Shown piece by piece: positions 10,204 through 18,308 of a stretch of 56,189 nucleotides of DNA. The notes under the pieces were generated by a model. The model saw only the letters and a list, made by a program, of their open reading frames with translations, was not told the origin of the DNA and searched no databases. This DNA comes from Steroidobacteraceae bacterium (lineage in GTDB: Bacteria > Pseudomonadota > Gammaproteobacteria > Steroidobacterales > Steroidobacteraceae), in contig DASZVD010000105.1 in NCBI GenBank assembly GCA_035547375.1, positions 1 through 56,189 on the forward strand, written 5' to 3'. The first letter of the stretch is position 1, and the number at the start of each line of letters is the position of its first letter. The translations under genes were made by a program, and so were the position numbers.

Positions 10204-10482
10204 TTAAATTCCGGCGTTGCTCAGCAGGTCCGCGAGCCTGCGCAGCGAAGCCGCCAGGGCCGGGTGATCCGCCTCGAACCTCACCGCCAGCGCCTCCAGG
10301 CGCGGGGTGTTGGCCTCCGCCGCGGTCCCCTGCTCGCCGAGCGCGCGCTCGATATCCCCCATGACCTGGCGGAGCAGCTCGCGCGAGGCGGCATCGACCG
10401 AGCCGGCTTCGCCCAGCCGCTCGTGTACCTTCCCAAGCAAGGCCTGCAGGCTTTCCCGATCGGCGGTGGGCGGCTGGGTCAT
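10204..10482 (-). CDS. DUF4404 family protein
   Basis: 92-aa product MTQPPTADRESLQALLGKVHERL...LEALAVRFEADHPALAASLRRLADLLSNAGI fits the DUF4404 pattern. ATG 10482 chosen instead of the 206-aa longest ORF. Confidence 0.7.
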   Translation of the reverse strand: MTQPPTADRESLQALLGKVHERLGEAGSVDAASRELLRQVMGDIERALGEQGTAAEANTPRLEALAVRFEADHPALAASLRRLADLLSNAGI

Positions 10483-10867
10483 TTCGGAAGGCTTCCGCGA
10501 AAGAGTCGACGCCTGCGATTCTAAACGATCACAACCTGACCCGAGAGCCCGGCGCGAGGCGCGGGGGGTTTCACCCGGATCTGTGATCGGGTCATCGCCT
10601 CCAGGGGCTTTGGTCCGATGGTTCGCCGCCCGCGCGCTTTCTAACATGGCGTTGGATCGAGACTCCAAGCCAGCCTCGAGGAGCGGCTTCGCAGGATGCG
10701 ATGGCACGGGGATCAGCGGTAGACAACGGATCGAGTGACGCGCGCCGCAGCTGGCTGTGGCGAGCAAGGACTGCGTACGCCGCCGCTGCATCCCCCCGCC
10801 AAGGACCCGCCTCGCTCTCTCCAATAGCCTTGGTTCTGCTCTTCCACTCGAGCTCCGCTTTGCTCTC

Positions 10868-10895
10868 TAATATATAAGTACTTGCTTATATATTA
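10868..10895. promoter_or_regulatory. AT-rich 28-bp palindrome (11-bp perfect arms, 6-bp spacer)
   Basis: taatatataag (10868-10878) and cttatatatta (10885-10895) are exact reverse complements. It is an isolated AT-rich island in a GC-rich non-coding stretch. An operator or promoter role is only inferred. Confidence 0.4.
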
Positions 10896-10924
10896 TCCCG
10901 CACCGGTATGGCGGTAAAACGGAC

Positions 10925-10957
10925 GCGGCGGCGGAATTGCCAAGCTTCCGCCGCCGC
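10925..10957 (-). terminator. hairpin downstream of the 11027-11245 gene (candidate terminator)
   Basis: 12-bp perfect stem gcggcggcggaa / ttccgccgccgc with a 9-nt loop. On the minus strand it is followed by gtccgtttta, a weak U tract. Confidence 0.45.
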
Positions 10958-11026
10958 TTCATCGGATCTGGAACCCGGACGCCCCGCGGTCAGACTTACC
11001 TGCTGCAGGGCGTCGAGGATGCTCGC

Positions 11027-11245
11027 TTACTCGGCTGCAGCGTCGGCAGCAGCCTCTTCCGTCGCCCCTGTGAGCACCGTGGCCTGAGCGGCCTGGCCGG
11101 CGAGAAGATTCTTCCAGGAGAGTTCCTGGCCCTTGCGCTTGCCTTTCTCCGTGAGCTTCAGGCCCTCCGGCGTGATCGCAAGCATGTACGGCTTGCCGTC
11201 GACATCAATTTCGCGCTTGAGCTGCTTGTCGAGCTTAGTTGCCAT
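11027..11245 (-). CDS. small hypothetical protein (72 aa)
   Basis: GC3-rich ORF with GAGGGTG Shine-Dalgarno 3 nt before the ATG (gagggtgcaATG). Product MATKLDKQLKREIDVDGKPYMLAITPEGLKLTEKGKRKG.... No family recognised. Confidence 0.6.
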   Translation of the reverse strand: MATKLDKQLKREIDVDGKPYMLAITPEGLKLTEKGKRKGQELSWKNLLAGQAAQATVLTGATEEAAADAAAE

Positions 11246-11268
11246 TGCACCCTCATTGAACTGACCAA

Positions 11269-12045
11269 ATGTCGAAGTACTACTCTCGTACAGTTTACCT
11301 CGCTGGAGCCGTTGCAGCCTTGGCCGTCAGCATCTCGCGGACCCGGCACGCCTACGAGGCTCGCGATGCAAGCCAGTGGAACAGTGTGGGAGCCTTCGCA
11401 GCCGCGCAGACCGCCATCGTGAGCTTGCTCGCGGCATTTTGCCTATGGGCCCTGGGGACCCAGCCCCTTTCCGCGGAGTCGAGCTGGACCGACGACGGAA
11501 CCGTACAGCAGCAGCTGGATGCCGGACAGATTCCCGTGCACTTCGCCTTCGAGTCGAATGAATCGAGCATGCGCGTGAGCGCCGCCGTCGACATCCACGC
11601 CACTCCCGAGGCGATCTGGCGCGTGCTCACCGACTGCGAGCATGCGGCGAGCTTCATCCCCGGCGTGAAGCGCTGCCATCGCATCGAATCCGCACCCGAC
11701 GGATCCTGGGAGCTCATCGAGCAGGAAGCGAAGTACTCCTGGCTGATGCCGGCCGTGACTTGCCGCATCCGCGCGGACTTCAAGCGCCCACGACGCATCG
11801 ACTTCAAAAGGGTCAGCGGCGATCTCAAGGAAGAGCGCGGCACCTGGCTGCTGGCCACCGCGCCAGCCCCCTCATCGACAACACACGCGGATTCGACGAT
11901 CGTCGAATACGAGCTCTATGTCGACCCGGGGTTTTGGATCCCACGCGTGCTGTTGCGACACTCACTGCGAAGCGAGTTGCCGGCAGCGCTGACCGCACTG
12001 CGCAACCGCGTGGAGAATGAAACGCGACAGCCCGACTCCCGCTGA
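11269..12045 (+). CDS. SRPBCC (polyketide cyclase/dehydrase-like) domain protein with N-terminal TM segment
   Basis: The C-terminal ~150 aa (RVSAAVDIHATPEAIWRVLTDCEHAASFIPGVKRC...ERGTWLL) resembles cyclase/dehydrase SRPBCC proteins. The start codon is uncertain. Confidence 0.7.
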   Translation: MSKYYSRTVYLAGAVAALAVSISRTRHAYEARDASQWNSVGAFAAAQTAIVSLLAAFCLWALGTQPLSAESSWTDDGTVQQQLDAGQIPVHFAFESNESSMRVSAAVDIHATPEAIWRVLTDCEHAASFIPGVKRCHRIESAPDGSWELIEQEAKYSWLMPAVTCRIRADFKRPRRIDFKRVSGDLKEERGTWLLATAPAPSSTTHADSTIVEYELYVDPGFWIPRVLLRHSLRSELPAALTALRNRVENETRQPDSR

Positions 12046-12053
12046 CTTCCCGG

Positions 12054-13481
12054 TCACGGCGCAATCCGCTTGAGTCCCTCCCGAATCAGGCGTTCCGTCA
12101 ACATCGAGAAGGACAGCAGGTAATCGTTCGCCGGCGCCTTGTCGAGGTAGTACGCGCTGACGTCCCGCAGCTGGACCTTGTTACGCTCCGCCCGGGAGCC
12201 GACCCCCGCATCGGCGAAACGCACATAAGCGTGCATGCCGGCGGCCTCGCCCAAGACCGACGCCCGATCGCCGAAATAGCGCTGCAGCGCCTCCATCAAC
12301 GCGGCGCGACGCAAACCGTACACCCGCCTCATTTTGCGGATATGCCGCTCGAGGTGCCCTTCCCTCATGAAGTGATAAAGCGTCGCCTGTTGGTGCACGG
12401 CCGTGTGACGATCCGCGAGCCACTTGGCGCGCGTGAAGGTTGCGATCATGGAGCGCGGCACCACGAGATACCCCACGCGCAGCCCGGGAAACATCACCTT
12501 CGAGAAGGTTCCGCAGTAAATGACGGGCACCTCCCCGACCAACCCCTGCAGGGCGGGCATCGGCGCGCCGCCGTAGCGATACTCGCTGTCATAGTCGTCC
12601 TCGATGACGATCGCCCGGCGCTCGCGCGCCCAGGCAATCAACTCCAGGCGGCGGCGCAGCGACAAGGCCACGCCGGTAGGAAACTGATGTGTCGGCGTGA
12701 CATAGGCCAGCCGCGCCCCGTCACCCAATCGATCGCAGAGCAACCCTTCCGCATCCACGGGGACGGGCCGCAGGCGCGCGCCGCAAGCCTCGAAGATGCG
12801 GCTCGCCCCGGTATAGCCGGGATTTTCTACCACCACGTCATCGCCGGGCTCGAGGAGGAGACGCGCGCACAGATCCAGGCCCTGCTGGGAGCCGTTGACC
12901 ACGATGACCTGCTCCGGCGAGCACACCACCGCCCGCGATTGCGACAGGTACTTGGCGATCTCCTCGCACAGAGGCTCATATCCGCGGACGTGGTCGTGGT
13001 AATCCAGGGCATCCGGGCCCAGCGAGCGCAGCGTTCGGGTGTACAGCCGGTGCCACAGCGGCAAGGGAAACAGGCTGAGGTCCGGACCCCAATGAGACAG
13101 GCAGACATGCCCGGATTGCTTGCGGAGCAGCGGATAGTCCTGCTGTAAGCGCTTCCCGAAGCTGGACAAGGAGGCTGCGGCGATCTGCGCGGCACCGCGG
13201 CGCGCGGCGGCCGGAGCGTGCAGCAACTGTTCCGGCAACTGCCGGCACACGAACGTTCCTGCCCCGTGCGTGGTCTGGAAATAACCTTCGCTCACCAGCT
13301 GCTCATACGCCTGAGTGATCGTGCCGCGCGACAGACCCAGGGCCGCCGCGACCTCCCGAGTGGACGGCACCCGCTCTCCCCCGGCAAAGCGGCCGCTCAG
13401 GATACCGAGACGCCAGAAGTCATAGATTTGCCGGGACAGGGGTAGCGGCGAGTCGCGATCGATGACGACGGCGGGGCGCAT
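12054..13481 (-). CDS. MocR/PdxR-type regulator (GntR HTH fused to aminotransferase-like PLP domain)
   Basis: N-terminal winged HTH (LPSTREVAAALGLSRGTITQAYEQLVSEGY) followed by a fold-type I aminotransferase domain (YCGTFSKVMFPGLRVGY with the PLP lysine). Confidence 0.9.
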   Translation of the reverse strand: MRPAVVIDRDSPLPLSRQIYDFWRLGILSGRFAGGERVPSTREVAAALGLSRGTITQAYEQLVSEGYFQTTHGAGTFVCRQLPEQLLHAPAAARRGAAQIAAASLSSFGKRLQQDYPLLRKQSGHVCLSHWGPDLSLFPLPLWHRLYTRTLRSLGPDALDYHDHVRGYEPLCEEIAKYLSQSRAVVCSPEQVIVVNGSQQGLDLCARLLLEPGDDVVVENPGYTGASRIFEACGARLRPVPVDAEGLLCDRLGDGARLAYVTPTHQFPTGVALSLRRRLELIAWARERRAIVIEDDYDSEYRYGGAPMPALQGLVGEVPVIYCGTFSKVMFPGLRVGYLVVPRSMIATFTRAKWLADRHTAVHQQATLYHFMREGHLERHIRKMRRVYGLRRAALMEALQRYFGDRASVLGEAAGMHAYVRFADAGVGSRAERNKVQLRDVSAYYLDKAPANDYLLSFSMLTERLIREGLKRIAP

Positions 13482-13507
13482 GAGTGGTCCAGTCCATTTA
13501 TGAAAAA

Positions 13508-13528
13508 GTGGCTGATGTGGCGCGCCAC
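13508..13528. promoter_or_regulatory. GTGGC repeat cluster, candidate MocR operator
   Basis: aGTGGCtgatGTGGCgcGCCACt has two direct GTGGC copies and one inverted copy. gtggcgcgccac (13517-13528) is a 12-bp perfect palindrome. It lies in the 71-bp divergent intergenic region. Confidence 0.3.
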
Positions 13529-13552
13529 TAGTTTACCTATGATCGCCTCACC

Positions 13553-14218
13553 ATGAGCACCTACACACCCACGCCACGCACCAAGGTCCGCCGTCTGAGC
13601 AAGCGTGCCGCGTACGACAGGGAAACCGTCCATGCGATCCTCGACGAGGGGTTTCTCTGTCATGTCGGATTCGCGCAGGAGGGGCAGCCGTACGTGATCC
13701 CGACCCTGTATGCCCGCTCGGACGAGACGCTCTACGTGCACGGCGCGCTGGCCAGCCGGATGTTGAAAAACCTGGGCGAGGGGGTCGACCTGTGCGTGAC
13801 GGTAACGCTCGTCGACGGCTTCGTGCTCGCGCGCTCGGCGTTCCATCACTCGATGAACTATCGATCGGTCGTCATCCTGGGGCGTGGCCGGTTGGTATCG
13901 GACGTGACGCAGAAGCTGGAGGCTCTGCGCACGATCACGGACCACATCGTGCCGGGCCGGTGGGACGAGGTTCGCGGCCCCAACGAGTTGGAAATGAAGC
14001 AGACGGTCGTGATCGCCGTGCCGATCGACGAGGTTTCGGCAAAGATCCGCGTGGGACCGCCCGTCGACGACGACGAGGATTACACCCTGCCCGTATGGGC
14101 CGGCGTGGTTCCCATCCACACCCAACTCGGCTCGCCCATCGCTGACGGCCGCGTCCTGCCGGAAGCCCCGACCGTGGACGTGTCACGTTTCGCGAAGCGC
14201 GGCAAAGCCGCTCGCTAA
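13553..14218 (+). CDS. pyridoxamine 5'-phosphate oxidase family (FMN-binding split-barrel) protein
   Basis: ILDEGFLCHVGFAQEGQPYVIPTLYARSDETLYVHGA pattern of NimA/PNPOx-like proteins. It is divergent from a MocR regulator, a common pairing. Confidence 0.85.
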   Translation: MSTYTPTPRTKVRRLSKRAAYDRETVHAILDEGFLCHVGFAQEGQPYVIPTLYARSDETLYVHGALASRMLKNLGEGVDLCVTVTLVDGFVLARSAFHHSMNYRSVVILGRGRLVSDVTQKLEALRTITDHIVPGRWDEVRGPNELEMKQTVVIAVPIDEVSAKIRVGPPVDDDEDYTLPVWAGVVPIHTQLGSPIADGRVLPEAPTVDVSRFAKRGKAAR

Positions 14219-14604
14219 GCGCTGGTGCGCGCCGCCCGCGGCATGAGAAATGCCAGAACCGCCGCGGCGATCAGCAACACCGGCACATCGCCGTAAAGAT
14301 GCCCCAGGTGCTGAGTGTTGGCGAGCGCCTGGACGGCCATGATTCCGCCGTGGACGACGCTCGACCAGATGGCGAACCAGATGAGACTGCGGTGAGCGAG
14401 CGGGTCGCGCGCGGCGAGAACCAGGAAGACGCCGAGCGTGGCGTAGATTCCCAGAATCATTTGCAGGTAATCGGAAGGTCCCCCGGTGTGCCACGTCCAG
14501 CCCGAAGGCCACACCACGGTGAGCGGGTAGACGCCGAAGATGGCGAACAGCCCAATCAGTACCAGGGCAACCCGTAGATACTTGATCCGGTCGGCTTCTG
14601 TCAT
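14215..14604 (-). CDS. small integral membrane protein (about 4 TM, His-rich loops), unknown family
   Basis: ATG 14604 is preceded by GGGGGAG. Four hydrophobic segments. It lies 44 nt downstream of the beta-barrel gene on the same strand. Confidence 0.6.
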   Translation of the reverse strand: MTEADRIKYLRVALVLIGLFAIFGVYPLTVVWPSGWTWHTGGPSDYLQMILGIYATLGVFLVLAARDPLAHRSLIWFAIWSSVVHGGIMAVQALANTQHLGHLYGDVPVLLIAAAVLAFLMPRAARTSA

Positions 14605-14648
14605 GGCTCCCCCTTCTCGCGCCACAACGCCCGGCCCGTGAGCTTACC

Positions 14649-15758
14649 TCAGAAAAAGCCGTGAAGCTCCACGAAATACAGCTTGGTGTGTTGCGTGTCG
14701 ATCTGTGGAATGCCGTCCTGGTAGCGCACTCCGCCGCGGACCTGCGCGAACTGTATGGGCGTCCATTCATACACGATGCTCCAGCGGGTCTGCGCGTTGT
14801 TCGGGACGCGCCGGTCCGGATCGTAGTACTCGCTGGTGATCTTCAGATTGTTGCCCTTCGCGATGGCCCAGTTGGCCTCGGCCAGCGAAGCGAGTTGGCG
14901 CTGTCCCGCGACCGTGGTGCCCTCCTGGATGGACCGGTCGTCGATGAGCTCCACCTGCCCCAGCCAGGCGATCGGCCCCGTGCGCAGCCCGGCGAACAGG
15001 GCAAAGACGCTCTTGTCGCCCACGGACTTGTTGTTGAGGTTGGCGGCCGCCCCGGCGCGCCAGAGGGATTCGACCCAGGCCAGTTGCCCGCTGTATTGCT
15101 TGCCGTTCTCGCTGGCGGCCCCGCCCGCGGTCCCGTTGCTGACCGCGAGCTGGGCATCCCAATGCCCCCGCTCCCAGCCGAATTCGACGCCCTGGTCGGG
15201 GGTGGTCATGTTGATCCCGGAGGCGGTTTGAATGAAGGCGGTCTGGTCCTGCAGGCGCAGCCCGAACGGCAGGTACATCTGGCCGGCCTTGAGGTACCAG
15301 TCGTGGCTCTTCGACCAGTAGAGACCGTAAGCCTCCCGATTGAGCGCCCCGCCCGGAGCCACCTGCTCATCGACGTAAACGATGAGGCGGTCGGGAATCA
15401 CGCTGGCCTCCAGATAGACTCGAGCCTGATCGAGGCTGAAGGTATTGAGGGTCTTCGTATGGGGGACCTGAGTGACGGTTCCGTCGAACCGCAGGTCCCC
15501 CCCGGCCCGCAGGAACTTCACGATGTCGCCTGTCCAGACCTCGTTTCCCGTATCGAGGTGCTCGGCCGGCATGAGCGTCTGCGCGAATACATCTCCGTAC
15601 GCGGTGCGTAAGCCGCCGCCGGTGGGATTCACGTGACACTGCCCACACTTGAGTCCCATCTGTACCGCCAGGTAGGGCTCCGCGTGTGCGCGCAGAGCCA
15701 CACAACAAAGCCCCAACAGCAAGCAGCGCAGCAACACGCGCGAGATCCGTCGGGTCAT
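14649..15758 (-). CDS. outer-membrane beta-barrel protein with N-terminal CxxCH motif (candidate fused cytochrome-porin)
   Basis: Signal peptide ...CCVALRAHA/EP. CGQCH lies 14-18 residues after the predicted cleavage site. The body has alternating hydrophobic beta-strand character and ends ...YFVELHGFF (aromatic C terminus typical of OMPs). Its ATG overlaps the upstream stop (ATGA). Confidence 0.7.
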   Translation of the reverse strand: MTRRISRVLLRCLLLGLCCVALRAHAEPYLAVQMGLKCGQCHVNPTGGGLRTAYGDVFAQTLMPAEHLDTGNEVWTGDIVKFLRAGGDLRFDGTVTQVPHTKTLNTFSLDQARVYLEASVIPDRLIVYVDEQVAPGGALNREAYGLYWSKSHDWYLKAGQMYLPFGLRLQDQTAFIQTASGINMTTPDQGVEFGWERGHWDAQLAVSNGTAGGAASENGKQYSGQLAWVESLWRAGAAANLNNKSVGDKSVFALFAGLRTGPIAWLGQVELIDDRSIQEGTTVAGQRQLASLAEANWAIAKGNNLKITSEYYDPDRRVPNNAQTRWSIVYEWTPIQFAQVRGGVRYQDGIPQIDTQHTKLYFVELHGFF

Positions 15759-16723
15759 GGATTAACGTCCACCGTGAACGTGAAGGAGTAGTCGGCGCCA
15801 AGAACCTGCGCCCCGAGATCGGCAAGCGCCCCACCGCCGGTTCCGCGCACCGTGACCCGGTAAACACCAGGCACCAACGGAGCAGCCGGAGTGATGAGCG
15901 CCACGTCGGGGTTACCGTTCGCCAACGCGGCATAGGCGGGCACGTGAACCACCTCAGCATCGAGCCGCTCGACCACGAGAGTCGTGTAGTTGACGAGCGA
16001 CGCGTCCAACTCATGATTGAACGCCACCACGATCGTTCGAACCGGCTCGGAGACCACCGCTCCGTCCACCGGCGAGGTGTCGACAACGCTGAAATTGTGC
16101 GATTGCACGTGCGCCACAGGCGTCGTCATGGTGGTCGCACCCAGTACCGTCGTGCCGTCCATGCCGGTTGCGCCCACCGCCCCGGAGGTTGCGCCCATGG
16201 CCCCGGAGCTCGTCGCCGGCGGCGCCCCATTCGTCACCCATTGCCGGATGACATCGATCGTTGCTTGGGGAAGCGGCGTCTCGTGCAACGGCATCTGCGA
16301 CCCGACGATGCCCGCGCTGCCTTGAATCTTGAGCACCAGGTAGCTGTTGTCAGGATCGCCGGGCTTGATGCGATCCAGGCTCGGCACCTCGGTGCTGGGT
16401 ACGCCAACCAACAGGTTGTAGCTGTGATTCGCATCCAGCATCAGCCCCTCCGGCGCGGTGGCCCCGCTGTGGCACGGCGAGCAGATCGGCGTGAAGACAT
16501 TCGCCTGGATCGACTCGAAGTCCGCGGTCAACGTCCCCGGCCCGCTTCCGCCCGAGCCACTTCCGCCCGACCCGCTCCCGCTGGAGCCGCTGCCTGCAGG
16601 TACGCCGTTGGCGTTGAGACCGGCCCCGTTGCCCGCGCACCCCCCGAGCCAGGCCAGCATGACCGCGGCCGCGATCCGCGTGACGAGACCGTGCTTGTTT
16701 TTGGGAAACGACATCGCCCTCAC
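15755..16723 (-). CDS. lipoprotein with CxxCH cytochrome-c-like domain and C-terminal Ig-like domain
   Basis: Lipobox LGGC, then a Gly/Ser linker. FESIQANVFTPICSPCHSG...SQMPL...IRQWVTNGA resembles the planctomycete-type cytochrome c (PSCyt1-like) pattern. The C terminus resembles bacterial Ig-like (SbsA/Big_5-type) domains. Confidence 0.7.
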   Translation of the reverse strand: MRAMSFPKNKHGLVTRIAAAVMLAWLGGCAGNGAGLNANGVPAGSGSSGSGSGGSGSGGSGPGTLTADFESIQANVFTPICSPCHSGATAPEGLMLDANHSYNLLVGVPSTEVPSLDRIKPGDPDNSYLVLKIQGSAGIVGSQMPLHETPLPQATIDVIRQWVTNGAPPATSSGAMGATSGAVGATGMDGTTVLGATTMTTPVAHVQSHNFSVVDTSPVDGAVVSEPVRTIVVAFNHELDASLVNYTTLVVERLDAEVVHVPAYAALANGNPDVALITPAAPLVPGVYRVTVRGTGGGALADLGAQVLGADYSFTFTVDVNP

Positions 16724-16895
16724 TCGAGCAACTGCGCACCTGCCGTAAGTGCCGCGGCCCGAAGCCCGGGTTTCCGTTCCCGGCGAGGGGTGAGGCGTTC
16801 CGCCTTTGAACCGGAACGCGCCGCCACCGAACCTACCTGCAAGTCAGGAGCTTGTCCGACTGGCTCCGGGGATGCTGCGTGAGGGCTCGTGGACA

Positions 16896-18308
16896 ATGCT
16901 TTCCATTCTGGTCTGCCACTCGTACTTCCTGCGTTTCGACCAGAAGCAACAGGAGCGAGCCAAACCGTATCCGCCGTTGGCGACCCTGCAGGTAGCCGCG
17001 CGACTGCGGCAATCGGGTCACCGGATATCCTTCTTCGACGCCATGCTCGCGGAGGGCACCGCGGAGTACGCGCGGCTGTTGCACGAGACCGCGCCGCAGG
17101 TCGTCTTGCTCTATGAGGACAACTTCAACTTCCTGAGCAAAATGTGCCTGAGCAAGATGCGCGGCGCGTGTTGCGAGATGATTGAGGCGGCACAGCGGCG
17201 GGGCGCACGCGTCATTGTTGCCGGTCCTGATGCGACGGACGCTCCTGAGCCGTACCTGAGATCGGGCGCGAACGTCGTCCTGCTCGGCGAGGGACTGGAA
17301 ACGCTGTTGACGTTGATCTCCCGCCTCGACGACGATCCAGGTTGCGACACTGAGCGGCTCGTGGAAGGGGCCTCCGGCCTCGCTTCCCTGACCGCCGATT
17401 TACAGGTGCGGACGGCGCGCACCGTAGGCGCCCCCCGTTCGCTCCAACACGTCGCACCGGCCGCCTGGGACCTCGTCGACATGGAGCGCTATCGCGGCAT
17501 CTGGCGCAACGCCCACGGATTCTTCAGCCTCAACATGGCGGCGTCCAAGGGATGCCCCTTCCGCTGCGCCTGGTGTGCCAAACCCATCTGGGGCAATCAG
17601 TATCTGCAGCGTCCGGCGGCCGAAGTCGCTGCTGAGATGGCGTATCTGAAGCGGACCTACGCGCCGGACCACATCTGGTTCGCGGACGACATCTTTGGAT
17701 TCCGTGCGGACTGGGTGACGGAATTCGCCCACGCGGTGCGCTCTTGCGGCGGCGCTGTCCCGTTCACCATACAGATCCGGGCCGACCTCCTGAGCGAGCG
17801 CATGGCGGGCGCTCTGCGGGAGGCCGGCTGCCACGAGGCCTGGATCGGCGCGGAGAGCGGCAGCCAGCGTGTCCTGGATGCCATGAACAAGGGCACGAAA
17901 GTGACCGAGATCCTGACCGCCCGCGCGCGGCTCAAGTCAGCCGGGATCCGGGTCGGCTTCTTCATTCAACTCGGCTACCTCGGCGAGGATCTGACCGACC
18001 TCCTGGCGACCCGCGAGCTGCTCGCGCTGGCCCGGCCGGACGATGTCGGAGTCAGTGTGTCGTATCCGTTGCCCGGCACCCGCTTCTACGAGGTCGTCAA
18101 AGAGCAGCTGCACGGGAAAACTCACTGGCGGGAGAGCGATGACCTCGAGATGATGTTCGAGGGCACCTACACGTCCGAATTCTACCGGGCCTTTCGAGAT
18201 CTGCTGCACGCCCAGGTCGACCTCGAGCAGCGCTGGAGCGGGCTGCTGTCCCGGGAATCGCAATACCGCACGGCGAGCGAGCGATATCGATGGCGCACAT
18301 CCTCCTGA
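16896..18308 (+). CDS. B12-binding domain radical SAM protein (1 of 3)
   Basis: N-terminal cobalamin-binding-like Rossmann segment (ILVCHSYFL...KPYPPLATL). Radical SAM cluster motif CPFRCAWC. ATG 16896 chosen; 16872 and 16806 are possible alternatives. Confidence 0.9.
   Translation: MLSILVCHSYFLRFDQKQQERAKPYPPLATLQVAARLRQSGHRISFFDAMLAEGTAEYARLLHETAPQVVLLYEDNFNFLSKMCLSKMRGACCEMIEAAQRRGARVIVAGPDATDAPEPYLRSGANVVLLGEGLETLLTLISRLDDDPGCDTERLVEGASGLASLTADLQVRTARTVGAPRSLQHVAPAAWDLVDMERYRGIWRNAHGFFSLNMAASKGCPFRCAWCAKPIWGNQYLQRPAAEVAAEMAYLKRTYAPDHIWFADDIFGFRADWVTEFAHAVRSCGGAVPFTIQIRADLLSERMAGALREAGCHEAWIGAESGSQRVLDAMNKGTKVTEILTARARLKSAGIRVGFFIQLGYLGEDLTDLLATRELLALARPDDVGVSVSYPLPGTRFYEVVKEQLHGKTHWRESDDLEMMFEGTYTSEFYRAFRDLLHAQVDLEQRWSGLLSRESQYRTASERYRWRTSS

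Noticed and set aside
10483-10824. N-terminal 114 residues of the 206-aa ORF 10204-10824
   Set aside because: Only the last 92 aa match the DUF4404 pattern, and they begin at an internal ATG. The upstream part is Arg/Ser/Gly-rich with no features. It is kept as a caveat in the finding on the non-coding stretch.
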